The notes under the pieces: generated by a model
Told to the model about the DNA's origin: nothing
Databases searched by the model: none
The model's input: only the letters and a program-made list of their open reading frames with translations
Shown here: in pieces, positions 54,823-64,000 of the stretch
Position numbering within the stretch: position 1 is the stretch's first letter
Layout: every line of letters begins with the position of its first letter
Source of the DNA: a candidate division FCPU426 bacterium
Lineage (GTDB): Bacteria > Oederibacteriota > Muellerivitia > Muellerivitales > Muellerivitaceae
Assembly (NCBI GenBank): GCA_963719085.1
Contig: CAVRAL010000005.1
Location: forward strand, 64,001 to 128,000
Length of the DNA: 64,000 nt
Reading direction: 5' to 3'
Translations under genes and position numbers: made by a program

Positions 54823-57489
54823 ATGAAGATTCAATCCACCAACCCGGACTTTTCCAATCCATATGACCCGAAACGGGGCAAATTAAGGGTTTTTTTCAGC
54901 TATTCCAGCCAGGCCGGCAAAACCACCGCCATGCTTCAAGCCGCCCGGGACCGGGACGCCCAGGGCGTGGATGTTTGTATCGGGCTCGTGGAAGCGCGGC
55001 CTTGGGAGCCGGTTCAAGTTCTATTGCGCGGCTTGCCCAGTATTCCTCTAAAGGAGTTTATAAGAGGAGACGAAGTGCTGCGGGAATTTGACCTACTGGG
55101 CGCCCTGGAACGCCGGCCCCGGCTTTTGGTCCTCGACGACCTGGCCCACACCAATGTTCCCGGCGCCCGAAATCCCAAACGGTGGCAGGACGTCGACGAG
55201 CTTTTGGAAAAAGGCATCGATATCTACTGCACCTTGAACCTCCAGAATCTCGAGAGCCTCAACGGCATCATGTCCCAAATCACCGGAACCCCGATCGCCG
55301 AAACGGTCCCGGACAGTTTCATTGAACAAGCCGAGGAAGTGACCTTCGTGGATGTTTCGCCCGAAGACCTCGTGCGCCGGTTGGAGCGCCAGGGAAAATC
55401 CGACGCCGGCATGCCCAAGCGCTCCCTCCGGAATTTTTTCAAGGACCGTAATCTGGCGCTCTTGCGGGAGATGGCTTTGCGCTTCGTGGTGGACCGCGCC
55501 GAAAACGTCGGCGAACGGCAATCCCGAGATTCCAAAACCTCCGTCATCCAGACCCCCGCCGACCGCCTGATGGTTTGCGTCACCTCCAGCCCCACTTCCT
55601 CCAAACTGGTCCGAACGGCCCACCGGCTGGCTCGCGCCCTGCGCATCGAATGGATGGCAGTCTATGTCGAGACGCTTTCCCACATGCACGCCCCCGAAAA
55701 AGAAAGGGATGTGGCCTTGAGGCATTTGGCCTTGGCCGAAAAACTCGGCGCCGAAACCACCATGCTCAGCGGATTGGACCTAGCCACCGAGGTTCTCCAT
55801 TTTGCCCGGGCCCGTTCGGTGAACAAAATCATGGTGGAAAAGCCGTCCCCCGTTCGGCATTTCATGGGACGCTTTTTCGGCTCCCCCCTGGAAGACCTAA
55901 TTCAAAAAAGCGGCGAGATTGACATCTATGTCATCAAGGAAACCCAGGATGAGCAGCCGCCCCCGAAGATGCCTGTCAGTTATCGCCCCCCGGCTTGGAG
56001 ACATTACCTTTTCGCCGTGATCAGCATGGGCTTTTGCAACGCCATCGCTTGGCTTTTTTTCAGGAGTTTTGATCCCACCAATATCCTGATGATCTATATT
56101 TTAGGGATTTTGGTCGTGGCGTCCAAAACCAGCAAGGGCCCCTCGGTCTTGGCCACCGCCTTGGGGGTTTTTAGTTTTGATTTTTTCATGGTCACTCCCC
56201 GCGTCAGCCTATCCCTAAATGATTTTCAATATCTGATCACTTTCGTGGTGGTCTTGATGATCGCCCTGGCGATCAGCGAGCTGCTCAGCCGCACCCGCTA
56301 CCAAGCCGAAACCGCCCGCCTGCGCGAGCGGCGGGACGCCTCCCTCTATGGCTTAAGCCGGGACTTGGCCTCCCACCGGGGCGCGGATGTATTGGTTTCC
56401 ATCGCGGCGCGGCATATCGCGGATCTATTTGATTGCCGCACGGTCGCCCTGCTTCCCGACGCCGGGGGTAAACTGGAAGTGCGGGCCGGCCAATGGGAAG
56501 AATTCGGCCGAAAAATCCAGGAGCAAAGGGTCGCCCAATGGGTCTATGACTTGGGCCATTCGGCGGGCCGGGGCATGGATACCCTGCCGGAAGCCGAGGC
56601 CCTTTACGTGCCGTTGCTGGCCTCCGGAGGCCCGGTGGGAGTTTTAGGCGTGCGGCTTTATGATCAAAGGCCCTTGTCGGCGGAGCAATTACGCCTCTTG
56701 GAGGCCTTCGCCAACCAAACCGGGGCCTCGGTTGAAAACGAGCGTCTGGGTGAAGAAAGCGAAAAAGCCCGGCTTCAAGCCGAGACCGAGCGCCTGAGAA
56801 GCTCGCTTTTAAGCTCGGTTTCCCATGATCTTCGAACTCCCCTGGCCGTCATTACGGGATCGGCCAGCGTGCTGTTGGATTCCAAGAAACCTTTGAATGA
56901 CCAAACCCAAAAACTGTTGATCCAGGATATTTACGATGAGGCCGACCGCCTCAACCGCCTTCTGAGCAATCTTTTGGACATGACCAAACTCAGTTCCGGC
57001 GGACTCACCTTGAAAAAAGAAACCCAGCCCTTGGAAGAAGTGGTCGGCTCCGCCTTGGCCCGCATGCAAAAAAAACTGGGTGACCATCCGGTGAAGGCCC
57101 GCCTGCCGGAGGATCTGCCGATGCTTCCCCTGGACAGCTTATTAATGGAGCAGGTTTTCATCAATCTATTGGACAACGCGGCCAAGTACACGCCCAAGGG
57201 CTCCGCCATTGAGATCGTGGCCAAAATCCAAAATGACTTTTTGCGGGTCGAGGTGGCCGACCGGGGGCCGGGCCTGGCCAAGGGCGACGAGGATAAGATC
57301 TTCGAGAAGTTTTACCGGGGTTCGCAAATCGGGAAACAAAGCGGCGCCGGCCTGGGACTCGCCATCTGCCGGGGCGCGGTGGAGGCCCATGGCGGCGAGA
57401 TTTGGGCCGAGAACCGGGCGAACGGCGGCACGCGTTTTTGTTTCACCCTGCCCCTGGATTTAGAAATCGCCGCCGCGGAGACACCTTAG
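54823..57489 (+). CDS. kdpD: Sensor histidine kinase KdpD
   Basis: RGKLRVF, LAHTN...KRWQDV.ELL, Usp, 4 TM, GAF, SVSHDLRTPL, HATPase. Confidence 0.93.
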   Translation: MKIQSTNPDFSNPYDPKRGKLRVFFSYSSQAGKTTAMLQAARDRDAQGVDVCIGLVEARPWEPVQVLLRGLPSIPLKEFIRGDEVLREFDLLGALERRPRLLVLDDLAHTNVPGARNPKRWQDVDELLEKGIDIYCTLNLQNLESLNGIMSQITGTPIAETVPDSFIEQAEEVTFVDVSPEDLVRRLERQGKSDAGMPKRSLRNFFKDRNLALLREMALRFVVDRAENVGERQSRDSKTSVIQTPADRLMVCVTSSPTSSKLVRTAHRLARALRIEWMAVYVETLSHMHAPEKERDVALRHLALAEKLGAETTMLSGLDLATEVLHFARARSVNKIMVEKPSPVRHFMGRFFGSPLEDLIQKSGEIDIYVIKETQDEQPPPKMPVSYRPPAWRHYLFAVISMGFCNAIAWLFFRSFDPTNILMIYILGILVVASKTSKGPSVLATALGVFSFDFFMVTPRVSLSLNDFQYLITFVVVLMIALAISELLSRTRYQAETARLRERRDASLYGLSRDLASHRGADVLVSIAARHIADLFDCRTVALLPDAGGKLEVRAGQWEEFGRKIQEQRVAQWVYDLGHSAGRGMDTLPEAEALYVPLLASGGPVGVLGVRLYDQRPLSAEQLRLLEAFANQTGASVENERLGEESEKARLQAETERLRSSLLSSVSHDLRTPLAVITGSASVLLDSKKPLNDQTQKLLIQDIYDEADRLNRLLSNLLDMTKLSSGGLTLKKETQPLEEVVGSALARMQKKLGDHPVKARLPEDLPMLPLDSLLMEQVFINLLDNAAKYTPKGSAIEIVAKIQNDFLRVEVADRGPGLAKGDEDKIFEKFYRGSQIGKQSGAGLGLAICRGAVEAHGGEIWAENRANGGTRFCFTLPLDLEIAAAETP

Positions 57490-57500
57490 TCGGGCAATTA

Positions 57501-57771
57501 ACCACCAAGGCGCCAAGACACCAAGTTCACCAATCTAAGAAATTCAATTTTTTAAACGGAGCTGCGCGCTTAGCAAAAATCGTCTTTTAAATTCCCCTCT
57601 CCCCTTGAGGGAGAGGGTCAGGGTGAGGGGTAAAAGTTAATTAGATCACCCTCATCCCGTCCTTCTCCCCTCGAGGGAGAAGGAGAAAACCAAGATTCTT
57701 GGCTGATTTTCCAAATGCGTGGTTCCTTTTTTGAATGATTATCTTCCTTGGAGTCTTGGTGCCTTGGTGGT
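57501..57771. repeat. Composite palindromic element (CCAAG family) enclosing a CCCTCTCCC-type REP pair
   Basis: ACCACCAAGGCGCCAAGACACCAAG / CTTGGAGTCTTGGTGCCTTGGTGGT (23/25); inside, inverted pair TCCCCTCTCCCCTTGAGGGAGAGGGTCAGGGTGAGGGG (57593-57630) and CACCCTCATCCCGTCCTTCTCCCCTCGAGGGAGAAGGAGA (57647-57686). Confidence 0.85.
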
Positions 57772-57804
57772 GAAATAGGTTTAATTATAAGATTGGAGTC
57801 ATTC

Positions 57805-58503
57805 ATGGCGGAAGCCAATCCAACTGTCTTGGTCATTGAGGACGAACCGCCCATCCGGCGTTTTTTACGGGTGTCGCTGGAAAACCGTAATTTAAAAACC
57901 TTGGAAGCCGCCACCGGCGAGGAAGGGCTGGCCCTGGCCGCGTCCCATAACCCCGATATCATCCTGTTGGACTTAGGATTGCCGGACATTGACGGCCTGG
58001 TCGTGATTGAGCGCCTGCGTCAATGGGCGGTCACGCCCATCATCATCCTTTCGGCCCGGGGCAAGGAAGAAGACAAGGTCAAGGCGTTGGAATCAGGAGC
58101 GGATGATTACCTGACCAAACCCATTGGGGTTGAGGAACTCAACGCCCGCATTAAGGTGGCGCTTCGCCACGCGAACCGCGTCGCCGGCGGGCCCGTGGAG
58201 CCGGTTTTAAGATCCGGGTCGTTAAAGGTCGACCTGGAAAAACGCCAGGTTTTCGTGGGCAAAAAGGAAATCCACCTCACGCCCATCCAATACAAGCTTC
58301 TCAGTATCTTGGCGCGCCACGCGGGAAAATTGGTGACCCAGGCGGAATTGCTCCGGGAAATCTGGGGGCCGGTGGGCGGAGCTTCGAGCCATTACCTTCG
58401 CATTTACATTCATCAGTTAAGGCATAAGCTCGAGGAGAACCCGGCCAATCCTCAGTTTCTCATCACGGAAACGGGCATTGGCTACCGGTTAAAGGTGGAT
58501 TAA
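57805..58503 (+). CDS. kdpE: Response regulator KdpE
   Basis: LLDLGLPDIDG, LSAR, HYLRIYIHQLRHKLE.NPANP, TETGIGYR. Confidence 0.93.
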   Translation: MAEANPTVLVIEDEPPIRRFLRVSLENRNLKTLEAATGEEGLALAASHNPDIILLDLGLPDIDGLVVIERLRQWAVTPIIILSARGKEEDKVKALESGADDYLTKPIGVEELNARIKVALRHANRVAGGPVEPVLRSGSLKVDLEKRQVFVGKKEIHLTPIQYKLLSILARHAGKLVTQAELLREIWGPVGGASSHYLRIYIHQLRHKLEENPANPQFLITETGIGYRLKVD

Positions 58504-58518
58504 GTTTCTAAAATTAAT

Positions 58519-59334
58519 TCACGGGGTAGACGGCGGAGCCTGGATTTGCGTCGCGAAGTTTCCCACGAAGCTCATGGGCCCCACGTGGGTGAGTTGGCTT
58601 TTCAGGTCCATCCAAATTTCCCCGCCCATGTCAGTCCAGCGGCGGCAAAAGCTGTAGTCCTCGCTTAAATAAACCCCGGTCTCGGGCTCGATAAAACAAT
58701 TGAACAAGGCGTAGCGGAATTCGCTTCCCTTGAAGGGGTCCTGGGCCAAATGCTGGCCGCTATATTTTAATTCGGGGTATTTCGCGATCATTTTCAACAG
58801 CGTTTCCCGGGTGATCATTAAAAAACCGGTCCCGGCGTATTTCACCTTGCCGAAACCATTTTTCATCTCAATTTTTTTCGGATCGGTGAATTCCACCACA
58901 TAAGAAAGGGCCGAGGATTTTAGGTCTTTGACGCCGGACTGGGAAAGCACCCGGGCCTTATCCCAATCCACTTTTTTAGTGGGATAGGCGGCCGCCGACA
59001 TCTCGGCGTTGAAATCCAAAAGACGGAAAAACTGGTCGGGCTCAAATACGATGTCGGCGTCGATGAATAAAAGATGGGTCGCGGTCGCGTCATCCAGGAA
59101 CTGGGTGACGATATTCTGCCGGGCCCGGGTAATGAGGGCGTCGCCCCACATCATATTGACGCTTAAATCCACTCCGCCCCTTTTGGCGCAGGCGGCTTGA
59201 AGTTTGAGGAGCGAATTGGCGAAATTACTGTAAACCTGTCCCCCATAGCAGGGGGTGCCGATCACGACATGGGGACGCGGGGCCAAGGATTCCTCCGGTG
59301 CAGCGGAAATGGACTGGGGCCAGTTTAAACCCAA
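58519..59334 (-). CDS. Hypothetical glycosyltransferase-like protein (GT-A type DxD)
   Basis: TPCYGG, LITRARQ, THLLFIDAD, GTGFLMI, YLSEDYSFC.RW. Confidence 0.7.
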   Translation of the reverse strand: MGLNWPQSISAAPEESLAPRPHVVIGTPCYGGQVYSNFANSLLKLQAACAKRGGVDLSVNMMWGDALITRARQNIVTQFLDDATATHLLFIDADIVFEPDQFFRLLDFNAEMSAAAYPTKKVDWDKARVLSQSGVKDLKSSALSYVVEFTDPKKIEMKNGFGKVKYAGTGFLMITRETLLKMIAKYPELKYSGQHLAQDPFKGSEFRYALFNCFIEPETGVYLSEDYSFCRRWTDMGGEIWMDLKSQLTHVGPMSFVGNFATQIQAPPSTP

Positions 59335-59367
59335 GTCCCTTCACGGACAACGCCTCAGTTCCCGCCC

Positions 59368-60585
59368 TTAAGGGAAGGTTTCCCAAATAATCGTGGAGGG
59401 CGCCGGGGTCGTGTAGGTAGGCGCGTCTAAGCCATAGACCAAATTTCCACCCTTTGAAAAACGAGTCCTCTCAAGTTCGTAAATGTTATAGGGCACGCCG
59501 CCGCTTCCCGCCGAAGCCCCCGTCCAAGTGGTCTTGCTGGCCGCGTGGGTGGAAACACCGAAGACCTGAAGATCGGCGCCGTTGGTCGTGGTGATATTGT
59601 TTGAATCGGGCGAAAAGCCGGCTGAGATGGGATAGGGGCCCGTATTAAAGGAGCCGTAAGAATTATTGATGTCGGATGAAAAAAGATCATAAATCGTATA
59701 GCCGCTTCCGTTGCCGCCTCCATTGACCCAAACCACATGATTTTGATCCGGTGAAAGGGTCATTTCTTCCCCATTGGACGTGAATGTTCCGGTGATCGAG
59801 TACTGCTGAGTTAAGGCGTAAGTACTCGTGTTGAACGCGTATTGATAGACCGTGCATCCCGAACAACCGCCCGCGCCGACATAAAGCGTCGTCCCCGCCG
59901 AATTACAGGCCAGGTACGCGTCCGAATTGAAGGAGGCGATGGAAACAGTCCCCAGAACGCTTCCCGAGGTGGCGTTGATATAACTGATTTGCTCGTTCGG
60001 CCACATATAACTGGAATCCATGGAAACAAACAGATAGCCGTTACTGGCCGCGGCCAAATGAACCCCTTGAGCCGGCAAGGGGATGTTCGTGACCGTCCCA
60101 TTGTTCAAATTGATCTTGGCGACGAAAGAGGCGCTGGTCAAAATCGCGTACAAGAAGCCCGTGGAAGGATCGTAGGCCAAATCCCCCGGGGTGGCGCTCA
60201 GCTGATAGCTATTTCCGACGACCCCATAAACAGCGTTCACCGCCTGGATCTTGTTATTGGTCAAATCACCATAGAGAACCCAGCCGTCGCACAAGGGAAC
60301 GATGGAGGTGGCGTAATCAATCCCATATTTCCCGGTCGAAGCCGCGGGCGAAATGCTGTCGGCGGAACAGTTAATGTTCATCGCGGGAGCGCTGCCGTTT
60401 GGCGTGCTCGTCACAATCGGCGTACTGGTCGGGATCACGGTGGAGCTGGGGGTGGCGGCAACAGTGGGGGTGTTGGGGGCCGACGGGCTTATGGGACCGA
60501 GCGAATAGGGCTTCACACAGCTCAAGAAGGCCGCGCCAAACAAGGTAAAAACCGAAAATAAGATGACGACCCGGAAATAACTCAC
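59368..60585 (-). CDS. Lipoprotein with Pro/Thr linker and beta-propeller-like domain
   Basis: FLSC lipobox, TPT linker, repeated SPD/blade-like units. Confidence 0.7.
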   Translation of the reverse strand: MSYFRVVILFSVFTLFGAAFLSCVKPYSLGPISPSAPNTPTVAATPSSTVIPTSTPIVTSTPNGSAPAMNINCSADSISPAASTGKYGIDYATSIVPLCDGWVLYGDLTNNKIQAVNAVYGVVGNSYQLSATPGDLAYDPSTGFLYAILTSASFVAKINLNNGTVTNIPLPAQGVHLAAASNGYLFVSMDSSYMWPNEQISYINATSGSVLGTVSIASFNSDAYLACNSAGTTLYVGAGGCSGCTVYQYAFNTSTYALTQQYSITGTFTSNGEEMTLSPDQNHVVWVNGGGNGSGYTIYDLFSSDINNSYGSFNTGPYPISAGFSPDSNNITTTNGADLQVFGVSTHAASKTTWTGASAGSGGVPYNIYELERTRFSKGGNLVYGLDAPTYTTPAPSTIIWETFP

Positions 60586-60945
60586 AATCGTTCCATATGG
60601 ATGAGAATAAAAAAAAACGGCGTTTAATAAATAGGTGGCCCATTATAACCGTAGCGCCACCTAAGTAAACTTCTTTACGGACAATCCCGATTGTTGAATT
60701 TAAATAAAAGATTATGGAATCGATACGGCCATCCGCTTTCTATCCCTTAACGCCCCCAAGATGGCGAAGACGCCAAATGGCCGCAATGGCCTTGGGGTGG
60801 CGAGGAAAATCTATTGCGCCTTTGTTCCACGCGTTTTTTTTGGAGGATGGATCAAAATTCCTGCGCAAAACCGAAAACAAATTCAGGAACAGTTAAGGCG
60901 CGAGCCTCCCTCCGGACGGCCGCCGGTTTGCCGGCGCCCTCACCC

Positions 60946-63864
60946 TTAATGGTGAGGCGTTGGAGTAGGAAGCGGGATGCTCCCGGCGCATAACGGCGAA
61001 TTGATGGAGGCGCTGACCGTGTGGCCGTCCAGGGTCCACGAAACCGTCACGTTATAGGGGAACGTAATCCGGAACGCGTCTCCATCACGGCCGGGAACGA
61101 ACTCCGTGGGTTGTTGCCCGTTTCCATAACTCAACGCGTTATCAGCCCCAACCGGAATGGTGACCGCCGTCGGATTGTAGCAATCCTTCATACTGTTGTT
61201 CTGGTAGCCAAAATGGGCGATTACTTGGCTGCCCTGGTCTTCCACGCAATTCAAGAAGGGTTCCACATCGACCCTTGCGCAGCCATTGGCCGTAGGCGTC
61301 GCCGTGGGAGGGACCGGCACCGGGGTGTCGGTATTGGTGGCCGGCACAGGAGTATAGGTGTTCGTCGGCGCGGGCACCGTATTGGTGAAAGTGGGCAAGG
61401 CCATGGTAGGCGTGTTGGTCGGAAGCGGCGCGACCAGGGTAAAGGTCGGCGTGGCGGAAGGCGGTACCGCCGTGGGCGTCAAGGACGGAGTCACAGCCGT
61501 ATTCGTGGCTGTCGCCGGCGGCACCGTGGCCGTATCCGTTGGCGCGAACATCACTGGCGTTTGGGTAATCGTGTCGTCCGGGGTATCCGTGGCGGTTGGA
61601 GGCACCACCGTGTCCGTATCCGTCGGCACCGCGATGACCGGCGTTTGTGTGGCCGTGTCAGCCGGAGTATTCGTATCCGTCGGGGAAACCACTGTGGCTG
61701 TTTCGGTCACGACCGGCGTAGCCGTCCAAGTGGCTCCGGGTTCAGGCGTATCCGTGGGTGTTTCAAACGGGGTCACCCCGGCCGTGGGCGTACCGGTGGC
61801 GGCCGGCGTTGGAGTTTGCGGTGTAGCCGCCCCGGTGGACGACAAGACCAACAACAATTGGGCCTGGACCTGCTGACCCTGGGCTTGCGCCGTCAAGGTG
61901 GCTTGATAGGTTCCGTCCGGCAAAGCCGTCCCCTGGCTCAAAGCGTCCCAACCCAATTGATTGCGGCCGGACTGGCCGCCAAAGTTCCCCGCGGGGTAAT
62001 CCTGCTGGTAGACCACTTGGCCCGAAGGCGATTGAATGGCCAGGTGCACGGAGGCGGCTTCCGACAATTGATAGCTGATATCGGTGGATGAAAATTCCGG
62101 ATCAAAGGGATTTGGATCGGCCGTGAACCCCGAAAGGGCCAATACGATAGGCGTCGGTGTCGTTGGGATGGCTCCGGCGGACAAGGCGAACTTTTCGACC
62201 CGGGCGTTTCCGGTATCCGAAACGAAAAGATTTCCTTGTCCGTCGGGAATGGCGCAGTAAGGCTGGTCGAATTGGGCGCCGCCCGATCCGTAACCCCCGA
62301 AAACCGCCAAGGGATTTCCGTCCAGCCCGAGTTTAATCACCAAATCATGGACACTGTCCGTTATCCAAAGCCGTCCTTGGGCGTAAACCAGTGAGGTCGG
62401 GGTCCAGTCTTGGGAAAGCCCGGTCCAAGTGGTGACCGGATCAAACCCCGGGTCATAAACCTCCACCACGTGGGTCAATCCGTTGAGGGCGTAAACCAAG
62501 CCCGCGTCATCCACGGCCATGCCCGCGTAAGAGGTGCCGCCTTGCAATCGGCCGGAATAAAGGTATTGGCCGTTGAAACCGAAACGATGGAGGGTCCCGC
62601 CATCCAACGCGTAGATCCCGGAAGCGGCTGTCTTGACGTCCGTAGGCGCCAACAATATCTGGTTTCCGAGCACCGAATCGCCGTCGGGATCAAGGCTTTC
62701 GACACGGTTGTTTCCGTCATCCGCGACATAAATCACGCCCGCGGGATCCACCGCTAAATTAACCGCTTGGTCCATTTCGCCCAGCCGATTTCCATATTGG
62801 CCCTCATTGCCCTGCCAACCTTCCACCGGTCCCCATTCCTGCACGGTTTGGTTCTTCTGGTCCAAAACAAAAAGATTATTTTGGGATATCGCCAATCCAG
62901 CCGGAATACCCCCGTTCGGGAGGATGAGCGATTGGCTGAAAGCTGGCGTGCCGACCTGCACCGAAATTTTTTCAACCGCCGCCTGTTTTTGTGAATCCAA
63001 AAATTGCAAATCATAGGCCCCCGCCGGCAAGGCGCGGGTATCCCAATCGGTGGACCAGAAAGCGCCCTGGTTTTGGGACGACAAGTCGTTCCATTGGTCC
63101 TTCCCCGACACGGACCACTGTATTTTCCATTGGGGCACGGAAGGCCGGACGGCAATCTGGACCAAACCGCAAACCTGCTCCCCATTCCAGGGTGATGAGA
63201 TGGGACTTGTTTCGGACTCCACCCCGGTGACATCCAGGGGCGGCCGGGGATCCTTCCCGCTTTGGGGATCGATGTCCTGCCCGTCGATCCATTCGGCGAC
63301 CAAGTTACCCCGGTAATAAAGGCCCACAGTAGGATTCTCGAAATAAACCGTTCCATCCCCGCACTCGGGAGCCTTGCTGTAATCCATCTCCGGTTCCATG
63401 TTGTCCCAGCCCGAATAATGGTAGGAGAAATAACTGTCTTGCCAGACGCCCCCGGGCGGAAGCGCGGACGCGTCGGTATTTTTCACCGCCACTTCCCAAT
63501 CCGCTAATTGGTCCAAGGGGTAAGCCATAAACCGGTTCATAGGCGAGGTGACGACCGTGACACCCTGCACCGACCAAACCCCCTGCGGGGTGGTCAAAGA
63601 TCCCGCGGTCCAAGACTGGGACTGGATGGGTTCGGCCCCATGGACCCAAAGATGGACTTCCAAATCCGACAAAACTATTGGCTGGGTCCCCAGATTCTTG
63701 ACGAGGAACCTCCAACCGGAAAAATCCGTGGCGCATTCCACCCGGCGCATCTCCAAGTCCAAAACAGGGGCGGTGGAAGTTTGAGCCCCTCCCCGGCCAA
63801 CCAGGGCCATGAAGAGGGCTAGGCCCAGGAGCATGTTTGTCTTTTTCATGGTTTTATTCCTCAT
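60946..63864 (-). CDS. Large secreted multidomain protein (CBM3-like, NHL repeats, FlgD-Ig-like, Pro/Thr linker)
   Basis: Signal peptide; VKNLGT.PI.LSDL...W...ADW...DYS...NPTVGLYYRG (CBM3-like); YVADDGNNRV / FVSDTGNARV; PNPFDP...WDA...PDGTY; long TPT linker. Confidence 0.78.
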   Translation of the reverse strand: MRNKTMKKTNMLLGLALFMALVGRGGAQTSTAPVLDLEMRRVECATDFSGWRFLVKNLGTQPIVLSDLEVHLWVHGAEPIQSQSWTAGSLTTPQGVWSVQGVTVVTSPMNRFMAYPLDQLADWEVAVKNTDASALPPGGVWQDSYFSYHYSGWDNMEPEMDYSKAPECGDGTVYFENPTVGLYYRGNLVAEWIDGQDIDPQSGKDPRPPLDVTGVESETSPISSPWNGEQVCGLVQIAVRPSVPQWKIQWSVSGKDQWNDLSSQNQGAFWSTDWDTRALPAGAYDLQFLDSQKQAAVEKISVQVGTPAFSQSLILPNGGIPAGLAISQNNLFVLDQKNQTVQEWGPVEGWQGNEGQYGNRLGEMDQAVNLAVDPAGVIYVADDGNNRVESLDPDGDSVLGNQILLAPTDVKTAASGIYALDGGTLHRFGFNGQYLYSGRLQGGTSYAGMAVDDAGLVYALNGLTHVVEVYDPGFDPVTTWTGLSQDWTPTSLVYAQGRLWITDSVHDLVIKLGLDGNPLAVFGGYGSGGAQFDQPYCAIPDGQGNLFVSDTGNARVEKFALSAGAIPTTPTPIVLALSGFTADPNPFDPEFSSTDISYQLSEAASVHLAIQSPSGQVVYQQDYPAGNFGGQSGRNQLGWDALSQGTALPDGTYQATLTAQAQGQQVQAQLLLVLSSTGAATPQTPTPAATGTPTAGVTPFETPTDTPEPGATWTATPVVTETATVVSPTDTNTPADTATQTPVIAVPTDTDTVVPPTATDTPDDTITQTPVMFAPTDTATVPPATATNTAVTPSLTPTAVPPSATPTFTLVAPLPTNTPTMALPTFTNTVPAPTNTYTPVPATNTDTPVPVPPTATPTANGCARVDVEPFLNCVEDQGSQVIAHFGYQNNSMKDCYNPTAVTIPVGADNALSYGNGQQPTEFVPGRDGDAFRITFPYNVTVSWTLDGHTVSASINSPLCAGSIPLPTPTPHH

Positions 63865-64000
63865 GGGGTCGCCGTAGGCGTAAAGGTTTTGGTAAAGGAT
63901 GGGTTCACCGTCGGCGTCTTGGTAGGCGTCCGCGTCACGGTAGGCGTGAAAGTCTTGGTAAAGGACGGGTTGACCGTCGGAGTCTTAGTAGGCGTCTGCG
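63861..64000 (-). CDS. 3' end of an upstream Pro/Thr-rich protein (partial)
   Basis: QTPTKTPTVNPSFTKTFTPTVTRTPTKTPTVNPSFTKTFTPTATP*; 22-aa (66-bp) tandem repeat; ATGA overlap with the next gene. Confidence 0.75.
   Translation of the reverse strand, partial: QTPTKTPTVNPSFTKTFTPTVTRTPTKTPTVNPSFTKTFTPTATP

Noticed and set aside
57748..57804. ORF-track N-terminal extensions of kdpE (also PHP 21676, NlpE 35881, cbiZ 28792)
   Set aside because: They run through or abut repeat elements or the upstream gene; downstream ATGs fit the family N-termini
60751..60802. Three-way-junction-like fold upstream of the lipoprotein gene
   Set aside because: No riboswitch consensus recognised on either strand; single copy; short GC stems
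61021..62091. Long plus-strand Arg/Gly- and Val/Gly-rich ORFs
   Set aside because: Antisense shadows of the Pro/Thr linker

Overview
Gene-dense chromosomal window from a diderm bacterium (TolC, BtuB and a porin are present). 1-24 kb is a phosphate/polyphosphate super-cluster: pit, DUF47, phoU-pstBACS, a DcaP-like porin, PAP2, ppx, two tandem thymidylate-kinase-like genes (probable heteromeric PPK3), phoR/phoB, a lone receiver, a PHP hydrolase and a ppgK-like ROK kinase. An RND/TolC block interrupts it, and most of its promoters carry TT(A/T)ACA-N5 direct repeats. 24-36 kb is a cobalamin uptake/salvage cluster with two B12 riboswitches. 36-64 kb holds envelope proteins, GH1, GH94, VIT1, an ABC-2 exporter, ilvA with an Ile-rich attenuator, amtB-glnK, kdpDE and Pro/Thr-linker surface proteins. 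The most striking signal is non-coding. A GxxExxY PD-(D/E)xK nuclease gene is bracketed by 29-bp inverted repeats, and the same repeats occur gene-less at six other intergenic sites. Three of those carry a 79-nt two-hairpin insert at the same position, and a relative of that insert sits inside one B12 riboswitch. Three more intergenic palindrome families share the architecture. No rRNA, tRNA, CRISPR array or classical transposase was recognised. All calls come from reading the sequence by eye; no searches were run.
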